Part shown: one piece after another, positions 15,463 to 22,925 of the stretch
Numbering within the stretch: the first letter of the stretch is position 1
Layout of the letters: each line of letters opens with the position of its first letter
DNA from: Grimontia sedimenti
GTDB taxonomy: Bacteria; Pseudomonadota; Gammaproteobacteria; Enterobacterales; Vibrionaceae
DNA: 24,000 nucleotides
Direction: 5' to 3'
Assembly (NCBI RefSeq): GCF_011045095.1
Contig: NZ_JAALDL010000001.1
Span: 443,923 to 467,922 of the forward strand
Notes under the pieces: model-generated
Told to the model about the DNA's origin: nothing
The model's input: the letters and a program-made list of their open reading frames with translations, nothing else
The model's database searches: none
Program-made: the position numbers and the translations under genes

Positions 15463-16986
15463 CTACTGAATGGCCATGTTTGAGGCGTCAATGAGTTCGT
15501 CGTTATCTACCAGTTTGCGGAAAACCTCGAAAGGCACAGGGTCACCGAAATAAGAGCCTTGCAGCATTTCGACTCCAGATTTAATCAGGTAGTCAGCCTG
15601 CACTTTGGTTTCCACACCCTCTGCAACAACATGGAGCTTAGATTCACGTGCAAACGCGAGAATGGAATCAAGAATGGTGTTCTTAAAGTCTTCCATGCCA
15701 ATACCATCGACGAACATACGATCAATCTTAATGGTGTCGATGTTAAGCACATGAAGGTAGGAAAAAGCGCCATAGCCCGTACCACAGTCATCCAATTTGA
15801 TAGAGATCCCTCTATCTGTCAGCGCTTCGATACAGACTGCAGCCTTATTAAGATCGCCAAATTTTGTCCGCTCAGTAATTTCAAGCGACAGCAGATGAGG
15901 GTCCAAACCTGCTTCTTCAATTTTGCTAAGGATTTTGTCCGCAGTATCAAATTTCTCCAGATAACTAGGGGATACATTAACACTGACAAAGAACCCTTCT
16001 GGCACTCGAATGTCATTGAGGTGAGCCAACACGTTATCTATCAGTTGGTCGGTAATCCTATCTATGGCCCCGTTTTGTTCTGCAAGCGGGATAAAGGTAT
16101 CCGGCTGAATAAATTCGCCGTGGCTCGCCTGCCAGCGAACCAGCACTTCTGCGCCGACGATTCTATAGCCGTTTCCTTCCGGCATAACAATCGGCTGATA
16201 GAAAGGCTTGAGGGCATTAGACTCGATAGCTTCATTGAGGAGACCACTGAGTCCTTTGCGTTCTGATTGGTTGAGTTCCACACCCACAGCCACTAAGACC
16301 CCAAACAAAATCACCAGCGCGCCGAACAGAATCACAAGATCCCCGACCAGATACTCAACCCCATCTTCATTGATGTACAAACTGACATTAATGTCTCCGT
16401 CCAACTCTCCGCTATAGACCTGACGATAAGGCAAATCGTTTCGTTGGTAGAGTGAGATCTCCTGTCCATTAACCCTCACCACCATATAAAGGCAGCGATC
16501 ACAATTGGATAGGAAGTTTCTTGGCTGTTGAAAGGTGAATCGCAGAAGGCCCTGCTTGTTTTGAAGACGCATCTCTTCAAATTGATGATCACTCAAAATG
16601 AGTGATACACGGTCAAAGAAGATCTCTTCTTCGGAGGAAAAGGTCATCAACTCACGTCCGGCCTTGTCGACGTTGTATATCGAACAAGAACGCCCGCTGG
16701 GGAGGTGCAGGTCAACATACTCTATAAAGAGATTTTGATTCTTTGACTCGCTCATCAACTCGACATCATCATTGTCACACTGATAGAGCAGGTTTTCTTC
16801 AAGCGCCCGCATCTGCTCAAAACTCTGACGATAGAGCTCAGAGTAGAGTTCAGAGAGCACGGAGACATCTTCCCTGATCTTTTTCTTCACTAACCAGTTG
16901 GAAACCGCAAACTGCGAGAAGTAAGCGAAAAGAACAGTCACAAAAATAATCGATAGCGCTTTAATGTGTTTTCTGAGCCAATCCAC
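15463..16986 (-). CDS. c-di-GMP phosphodiesterase: TM, periplasmic CSS-motif-type sensor domain, TM, then EAL domain
   Basis: EAL-domain catalytic set: LEITER, VNVS, DDCGTGYGAF, KIDRMF, VAEGVET, LQGSYF. The periplasmic region between the two TM helices carries spaced Cys (YQCDN..GRSCSIY..SNCDRC), as in CSS-motif PDEs. I prefer the GTG start at 16986 (AGGAG 5 nt upstream). ATG 17013 or TTG 17040 remain possible. Confidence 0.8.
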   Translation of the reverse strand: MDWLRKHIKALSIIFVTVLFAYFSQFAVSNWLVKKKIREDVSVLSELYSELYRQSFEQMRALEENLLYQCDNDDVELMSESKNQNLFIEYVDLHLPSGRSCSIYNVDKAGRELMTFSSEEEIFFDRVSLILSDHQFEEMRLQNKQGLLRFTFQQPRNFLSNCDRCLYMVVRVNGQEISLYQRNDLPYRQVYSGELDGDINVSLYINEDGVEYLVGDLVILFGALVILFGVLVAVGVELNQSERKGLSGLLNEAIESNALKPFYQPIVMPEGNGYRIVGAEVLVRWQASHGEFIQPDTFIPLAEQNGAIDRITDQLIDNVLAHLNDIRVPEGFFVSVNVSPSYLEKFDTADKILSKIEEAGLDPHLLSLEITERTKFGDLNKAAVCIEALTDRGISIKLDDCGTGYGAFSYLHVLNIDTIKIDRMFVDGIGMEDFKNTILDSILAFARESKLHVVAEGVETKVQADYLIKSGVEMLQGSYFGDPVPFEVFRKLVDNDELIDASNMAIQ

Positions 16987-17501
16987 TGAGGCTCCTGTTG
17001 AATCCCAAATCATTGATAGTAAGGATAGGACAAATAGCAATACGATCTTTGTAAAAATACGAGACTAATTCAAAATTAATCCCTTCACGTTTTGTGTCTA
17101 CCTTCACGACACATCCACACTGCTAATTGTCAAATTACTTTCTGTTTATCATGGAGATAGTATCAAACCCACGTTTTAATCTGCAGTTTGAGTACTTTTG
17201 AACGATTTTAAACCTAGATAATCATTCGGTCATAAATCAGCATTAAGCGTGATTAATCTTCTTTCTTCGACACTTTCCCAAGCTAGAAAACATTTATCGC
17301 TGAGTATGAGCTAGCTGTCCTGTTTCCAAATTGAAGACCTGTCTCAAAAATCATATCCCAAACCATAAGTGCCGGCGATGTCATGACACCCTTCTCCGAC
17401 CTGCTGAATTTCTAGGATTTTTATTCCACTTCACATTGCGATCTGACGCATATGACATAGACTTTTTATAGAGACACATGACTCATATGTAAGGGTTTAA
17501 C

Positions 17502-19747
17502 TTGCCTTCTGTGCCACCTCTTTCGGAAAACGTGACAACTACCGACGCAAACGCCCCAAGGTTCCTTTCTTTGCTCGGGATCGTCGTAGTTTGCGTTGTT
17601 ATCCTTATCTCTACCTTTACTTTGTATAAAAGTGCCCTTTCGAGGCAGATAGATCTTCAACACCAAATGTTGAGTGTGGAAGTCAACCGCGTACAACGTG
17701 CCATTGAAGTGAACTTGCAAAAAGAAGCCTATTTTTGGTGTGGTTAGCCAACAACCTTCAAAACAAAGGCCAAGTCAATGAGGATAACTGGCAGAGTGCC
17801 ACCACAGGTATCGAGCGTACCTTTCCTTTCTTCTCGGGTGTTTACTGGCAAGATCAAAACCAAGAAGTTCTCTATACATCCCCGGCTTACTTCACACCAA
17901 AACCGATGGAAAGTGCCTGGCAGATAGCGCCCTCCGTCCGGTTCAATAGCATGCCGGTTCTATCTAAGCTTTCTACGTCAGAAGTTCGGGTTGCCCCTAA
18001 CGGCGCCATTTCGATTGAAATGCTCCACCCCGTTTTCTTTGATGGACGGGTAGCGGGCTATTTGGGCGCAAGCTACAACATTAAACAAATGATCGAAGCT
18101 ATAGCTACTGAATTTCTACGCCCTGAACAAGAGCTCGTGTTGAGCGACGGCAACGCCCCTTTTGTTGGAAATCTGCCAGATTTTAGTGGCGCAATGATGG
18201 ATACGGTTGAACTCACCGCACTAAATGGACAGTGGCAGCTGACAGTATGGCAACGACCACAGTTCGACCAAGTCTATTTCTCGCTGCCTATGCTGATTTT
18301 CCTCGCTGGTATTGTCGTGACGCTGCTGGTCGCCATTTCGCTGTACCTGTTGGAGGTCAACATTATCGGGCGTCGTGCAGAGTCCAAAACCGTTTATAAG
18401 TTGAAGAAAGAGATCATCCAAAGGCGTGAGGTCGAGGCTCAGTTGCAGTTCACTGCGAACCATGACCCACAAACCCATCTTCCGAATCGATTTGCGCTAC
18501 AAACCTATCTCGACCGGGCTCTCAGCTCCGATCAAGACATTGTTTTGATGTGTCTATCTCTCGATAAACTTCGGGAGATCAATGATATGTACGGTCATCT
18601 GGTTGCTGACCAATTGGTGTTCGAAGCAGCTAAACGTTTTAAAACGGTGCTTCCCCCACACGCGATACTTGGGCGCACGGGCCACGATCAATTTATGATT
18701 GCCTGTGCAGGCATGTCCCAGCTGGAAGCGGAAATGCAGGCCAACCAGCTGAGAATGTGTCTAGAAGAAGAGTTCTACATTGAAGACAACGACATATTGA
18801 CCAGTTGTGCCATTGGGATCGCCTATCGCTACAGTGATGATCTTCGTGCGGAAAACATGGTACGCCATGCAGATACCGCCGCCAATAAAGCACGAGCTCT
18901 TGGAAACCGAAAAGTTGTCGCCTACAACCAGACCATGCAAGACCAGCTGAACCACAAGAAAGAGCTGGAACGTGCGATCCGCAAGGCAATCAATAACGAC
19001 GAGCTTGAGCTCTATTTTCAGCCACAGGTCGATCTTCGCACGCGACAGATTGTCGGCGTAGAGGCTTTAGTGCGTTGGGAAGCCAAAAGTGGCGCGGCGA
19101 TCAGCACCGACATCATCATCAAAACTGCCGAAGAAACTGGCCTGATGCAAAGACTTGGTCATTGGGTCGTTGATACTGCGCTTAAACACTATTCGCACAT
19201 GCTCGATGAGCGCTGTGCGCCAAAATGTATTGCTATCAATGTCTCTGGCCACGAGTTTCAGGATGGTTATCTGGCAGACTATGTTATTCGCTCCGTTACC
19301 CGATACGACATTCCGCCTTCGCGCGTTCAAATTGAGCTGACGGAACAAGTTTTCATTGAAAACCTTGAACGAAACCAACACATTCTCAACCGACTTACCA
19401 CCTCGGGGATTAGTCTGGCGATTGACGATTTCGGTACCGGCTATTCCTCGCTGGCCTATTTGAAGCATTTCCCTGTAAATACCGTAAAGATTGACCGTGG
19501 CTTTATCAAAGATTTGCCAGAATCGAAAGACGATTTGGTAATTTGTCAGGCAGTGGTCAGCATGGCGAACTTACTGCAATTGAAAGTGGTTGCGGAAGGC
19601 GTAGAAACACTTGATCAACAGGAACTGTTGAGAAACATTGGTTGTAACTTTGCCCAGGGCCATTACTACTATGCGCCAATGACCGCAGAACAACTGATGA
19701 CAGAACTCAAGAAACAAAGAGCCGGGCGTTTATACCCGGCTTCTTAA
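17502..19747 (+). pseudogene. Membrane sensor with degenerate GGDEF and intact EAL domains, split by a frameshift at a T5 run (17732-17736). The alternative is a sequencing error in an intact 748-aa gene.
   Basis: ORF 17502..17747 (TTG start, AAGGG SD) encodes a cytoplasmic N-terminus, TM1 (FLSLLGIVVVCVVILISTFTLY) and the start of a periplasmic domain. ORF 17735..19747, in the -1 frame, continues with the periplasmic domain, TM2 (FSLPMLIFLAGIVVTLLVAISLYLL), a GGDEF-like domain whose signature reads TGHDQF, and a canonical EAL domain (VEALVRW, INVS, ELTEQ, DDFGTGYSS, KIDRGF, VAEGVET, AQGHYY). The two frames overlap only at 17708-17744. Adding one T gives a continuous ...QKEAYFLVWLANN.... Confidence 0.7.
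19720..19741. terminator. Hairpin inside the last codons of the GGDEF-EAL gene; a likely terminator for convergent yaeQ and possibly bidirectional
   Basis: AGCCGGG-CGTTTATA-CCCGGCT forms a 7-bp GC-rich stem. On the minus strand it is followed by CTTTGTTTCTT, and on the plus strand by TCTTAATTG. Confidence 0.55.
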
Positions 19748-19782
19748 TTGACATTATTATCGCAAATTGCAAAGCATTCTGG

Positions 19783-20331
19783 TTATGCTGCTGCAGTTTT
19801 CCAGACATCCGGTTGAATCGCGATGACCGAATCCCCTACTGAGAACCAAATCTGGCCATCTTCAATTGTTGCCTGAATGGCCATCGTGCGGCTACTTGCC
19901 GCTGCGGCTGCATCCAACACTTCATCAATCACGTTGATAATCGTCAGGTTCTTGAACGGGAACAGTTTGTTCAACATGCTCGCTTTCCAAACGCTGGCTG
20001 GATTGTCGTCATAGGTGAACAACACCACTTCTTTTGCATGCGAACAGGCTTTCTTCAGGCGTTTTTCATCTGGCAAGCCAAGTTCAACCCAAAGTTCAAT
20101 CTCATCGCTGTAGTTTTTGATCCACAGCTCCGGCTCTGTGTCTTCGCACAATCCTTTTGTAAATTGCAGACGCTCATCGGCGTACATGGTCCATGCAAGC
20201 AGACGAAGCATCATGCGCTGTTCAGTTTCTGACGGGTGCTGCGCCAGCGTTACTGAATGATCGAGATATACATTTCTCGACATGTCAGCCACATTGATTG
20301 AGGCTTTATACACCGTTGCTTTAAGTGCCAT
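19783..20331 (-). CDS. yaeQ: YaeQ-family protein (PD-(D/E)XK-like fold family)
   Basis: Start set at ATG 20331 (MALKATVYKASINVADMSRN), by analogy with the E. coli YaeQ N-terminus. Conserved blocks are HPSETEQRMMLRLLAWTMYADERLQFTKGLC and ELWVELGLPDEKRLKKAC. Confidence 0.9.
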   Translation of the reverse strand: MALKATVYKASINVADMSRNVYLDHSVTLAQHPSETEQRMMLRLLAWTMYADERLQFTKGLCEDTEPELWIKNYSDEIELWVELGLPDEKRLKKACSHAKEVVLFTYDDNPASVWKASMLNKLFPFKNLTIINVIDEVLDAAAAASSRTMAIQATIEDGQIWFSVGDSVIAIQPDVWKTAAA

Positions 20332-20344
20332 GGTTATACCCACT

Positions 20345-20656
20345 CTAAAATTTGTCGTTCAATAAGACCTGTATACGGTCAGGTTCTTTGCAAAGTTGTT
20401 CTTTTTCACGTTTTGTCAGCCGCTTGATATGCCACTCAAGCGACATCGCCTGTTGTTTCGTTCCCACCTCATAAGACCAGGCTAGTGTAAGAGGCTGTTT
20501 GCCTCTCAAGTACTTTGCAGTTTTTGTGCCGTTTTGCTGGTGCTCATCAAATCGACGCATAACATCAGTGGTAACACCACAATACAAAGAGTTATCACGC
20601 GCACGAATGAGATAGACGTGCCAGAGAGGCACGTCGTTGGAAGGAGTCAAAGTCAT
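20345..20656 (-). CDS. yhbQ: GIY-YIG nuclease-superfamily small protein (UPF0213, YhbQ-like)
   Basis: WHVYLIRARDNSLYCGVTTDVMRRFDEHQ...AKYLRGKQPLTL...RLTKREKEQL parallels E. coli YhbQ ([23 protein letters not shown]...). 103 aa. Confidence 0.8.
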   Translation of the reverse strand: MTLTPSNDVPLWHVYLIRARDNSLYCGVTTDVMRRFDEHQQNGTKTAKYLRGKQPLTLAWSYEVGTKQQAMSLEWHIKRLTKREKEQLCKEPDRIQVLLNDKF

Positions 20657-20670
20657 GACGTAAAGATGTG

Positions 20671-21309
20671 CTAGCCTTGGTTGTCCATGAGTTGATTAAC
20701 CAAAGCTTTGAGTTCAGCGACTTCGGCTTCTAATGCTTCGACACGATCAGTCAGACCTTCTTGTTGCGGTTCTGGTGAGAATGAAGGTGTCACCGTCTCG
20801 GTTGGGGCTTCTGACCCAAAGAGATGTGCGTAGCGGCTTTCGCGTTTACCAGGTTCTCTTGGCAATTGAGCAACATAGCCCTTTTCAATCATGCCATTTA
20901 GCACTGATTCAACCTGACCCACATCGCTGAATTCGCATAAACGGTTTGTTCGGGTACGAAGCTCGCCTGGGGTTTGGGGACCACGCAGCAGCATCACGCA
21001 TACGATACCCTTCTCTTGCTCCGAGAACTGGAGCGATCCGAATTCCGTGTTACAGAATCTGTGCTGGTATTTAGTCACTCGGCTACCAAAGCCTTCCAAA
21101 TCACTGATAAGTCGTTTGGACTTGAGCGATTCCACGGCATCTAGCACTTCCGCTTCGCTAAGTGCATAAACAGGTTCACGGTTACTTTTCTGGTTAGCGG
21201 CAGTGGTCAGGCTGTTGAGGGTCAATGGATAGAGATCCGGCGTAGTGACTTCTTTTTCCAATAAACATCCAATCACTCGCGCTTCATAAGGGTTGAGTTC
21301 AATCGCCAT
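20671..21309 (-). CDS. yceH: YceH-family protein (DUF480/UPF0502, tandem winged-helix-like) with a C-terminal coiled coil
   Basis: [85 protein letters not shown] and [13 protein letters not shown] all parallel E. coli YceH. TGAGGT SD. Confidence 0.9.
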   Translation of the reverse strand: MAIELNPYEARVIGCLLEKEVTTPDLYPLTLNSLTTAANQKSNREPVYALSEAEVLDAVESLKSKRLISDLEGFGSRVTKYQHRFCNTEFGSLQFSEQEKGIVCVMLLRGPQTPGELRTRTNRLCEFSDVGQVESVLNGMIEKGYVAQLPREPGKRESRYAHLFGSEAPTETVTPSFSPEPQQEGLTDRVEALEAEVAELKALVNQLMDNQG

Positions 21310-21579
21310 GAGAATACCTCAGTTAAATCCTATGCAGCGGTTTATAGCAATCAAGTGCTAGCACGGCAACTGCCCATACGAGTATTTGCCATATTGGCGC
21401 GGTAACTGCCGGAACTTTGGTCAATTTATGGAATGTCGACCTGCAAAATCGTCTTATTCCTGTGATTTTGGCTCAACAGAGACAATTTTCTGTCACGTGA
21501 TTTATCAGTTTTCAGATAAAATCGCCCAATTGTTGTTTTAGGTGAATAATTTTGCCGACTTGGAGTACAGGAGAAAGTA

Positions 21580-22008
21580 ATGGGTATGTTCGGAAAAAAG
21601 GCAACATCGAGCCCATGTTTGTCACTTATCGCTAAAGAATGCCGTGTAATCGGTGAATTTGACTTGGAAGGTGACATTCAGTTTGACGGCCAAGGTGAAG
21701 GCACCATTATCAACGCACGCAATGTCGTGATTTCTTCTACTGGTCACTTTAAAGGCGACATTCGTGCAGAGCACGTCACCATCAATGGTTATGTTGAAGG
21801 CACCTGTATTGCACGCGAAGTCAACATCCTGAGCTCGGGTAAAATGAAAGGCCAAATTCAAAGCGAGCAATTGACCATTGCCAAAGGCGGTTGCCTGATG
21901 GGCGAAAACAAACTGAAAGACGAGCCATCACTCAAAGTGGTCAACGAGGATAAAAGCTCACCAGAAAAACCAGCTTCAAATCAGGAAAAATCTACTGCAT
22001 CGGCCTAA
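21580..22008 (+). CDS. Bactofilin-family cytoskeletal protein
   Basis: AGGAG SD 7 nt upstream. Short basic N-terminus MGMFGKK. Repetitive beta-helix windings (IGEFDLEGDIQFDGQGEGTI, ISSTGHFKGDIRAEHVTINGYVEGT, ILSSGKMKGQIQSEQLTIAKGG). Disordered Ser/Pro/Lys/Glu-rich tail. Confidence 0.85.
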   Translation: MGMFGKKATSSPCLSLIAKECRVIGEFDLEGDIQFDGQGEGTIINARNVVISSTGHFKGDIRAEHVTINGYVEGTCIAREVNILSSGKMKGQIQSEQLTIAKGGCLMGENKLKDEPSLKVVNEDKSSPEKPASNQEKSTASA

Positions 22009-22122
22009 ATACATATTCTGATGCAATGATCAGCAGTTAACTGCCCTATTGTCTTTCAACTGTTGACTTCATTCGCCAACATTATACGATCCGCGAAATT
22101 ATATTATTTCGGAAGTACCAAG

Positions 22123-22557
22123 ATGTCTGAACAAGCAAACCAAGCGCAAGAAACCGTCAAGCTGGAAGATCTGTCTGCAGAACTGCAGCAAGTGATCAAA
22201 TATGAACAAGTACCAGCCGAGCTGTTCACCATGCTGGCATCTATTCATGAAGCGTCTGAAAGCGTTGTTCGCGAAGCTTGGGATACAATGCCTGCAAGTG
22301 CACAAAACATTCTGGACAACTTCGAGCAGTTCCACGCACTGGTTAGCCTGAGCCAAAGCTACGCGGGTCTGGATTTCATGCAAGAAACCCAAGACATGAA
22401 GTTCGATGACATGGACGAAGAGAAAACTGCAGAATACAAAGCCGTTTTGCTGGATAAACTACTACACAACTGTGTGAAAGATCTGGTTAAGCAACTGAAG
22501 CAAGCTCGCCTGAAACCAGCGATGAAACGCGAATTCCGCGAAATCTTCACCAAGTAA
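22123..22557 (+). CDS. Conserved hypothetical acidic, predicted all-helical cytoplasmic protein (144 aa)
   Basis: Start set at ATG 22123 (GGAAG SD); the track start at 22063 is a non-ATG codon in an AT-rich spacer. No TM helix or signal peptide. Same orientation as the bactofilin gene, 114 nt downstream. Followed by a strong terminator. Confidence 0.6.
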   Translation: MSEQANQAQETVKLEDLSAELQQVIKYEQVPAELFTMLASIHEASESVVREAWDTMPASAQNILDNFEQFHALVSLSQSYAGLDFMQETQDMKFDDMDEEKTAEYKAVLLDKLLHNCVKDLVKQLKQARLKPAMKREFREIFTK

Positions 22558-22583
22558 TTTTCGCTTAACAACCGAGCAAGAAC

Positions 22584-22618
22584 AAAAAAGAGGTGACAAT
22601 GTCACCTCTTTTTTGTTT
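22584..22618. terminator. Strong rho-independent terminator with bidirectional geometry
   Basis: AAAAAAGAGGTGAC-AAT-GTCACCTCTTTTTT, whose core is a perfect 8-bp GC-containing stem at 22590-22597 / 22601-22608. Flanking A/T pairs extend it, and TTTTTTGTTTTG follows. Confidence 0.9.
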
Positions 22619-22925
22619 TGTAACTGTCAGGATATCGCAAGGAATGAAAATTCGGATTCGCACATAAGCACGAGCTATTTACGCTTAAAACTTGTCGCCA
22701 AAAACCTGCGTCCTGCCTCCCAATTCTCCCCTATATATATCCCAGACAAATTAATACAAACTGTAACAAGCAGAATAGATTCACAAATATGTCACAAAAT
22801 GGCTGCATTTTACGACCCGTTTCTCATTAATTAAGTGTAAGTTGCCATCCAATTTCATTTAGAACCTATAGTTGTAAGCTGTGCGAAAGCCAGCCTAAAA
22901 ATCTACAGAATTACAGGGACGAAAA

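Noticed and set aside
17082-17108. Direct repeat CCTTCACG x2 (19-bp spacing) with an embedded TGTGTC/GACACA inverted repeat
   Set aside because: An 8-mer recurring within 30 bp somewhere in a ~500-700-bp spacer is not improbable by chance. It fits no known motif. It is noted only as a candidate for conservation checks.
17211-17229. Fur-box-like sequence (..GATAATCATT..) in the c-di-GMP intergenic region
   Set aside because: By my count only about 11 of 19 positions match GATAATGATAATCATTATC, and only one good hexamer is present. This is below what I would accept in AT-rich DNA.
17730-17740. Programmed -1 ribosomal frameshift or transcriptional slippage at the T5 run of the GGDEF-EAL gene
   Set aside because: The run is only five T. 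There is no canonical X XXY YYZ heptamer in the zero frame, and I could find no downstream stimulatory hairpin or upstream SD-like stimulator. A mutation or sequencing error is more parsimonious. It is kept as a remote alternative in the finding.
21426-21677. 83-aa minus-strand ORF spanning the bactofilin start
   Set aside because: It overlaps the SD and the 5' coding region of the bactofilin gene on the opposite strand, has no SD, and has no recognisable features.
22761-22800. PHO-box-like CTGTAACAAGC / TGTCACAAAA sequences upstream of the nucleotidase gene
   Set aside because: Only single half-sites resemble CTGTCATA. No properly spaced 11-bp tandem repeat is present.
22613-22834. 73-aa plus-strand ORF downstream of the strong terminator
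   Set aside because: It starts with a TTG inside the terminator T-tract, has no SD, and gives a low-complexity sequence. This region is more likely the promoter/leader of the nucleotidase gene.
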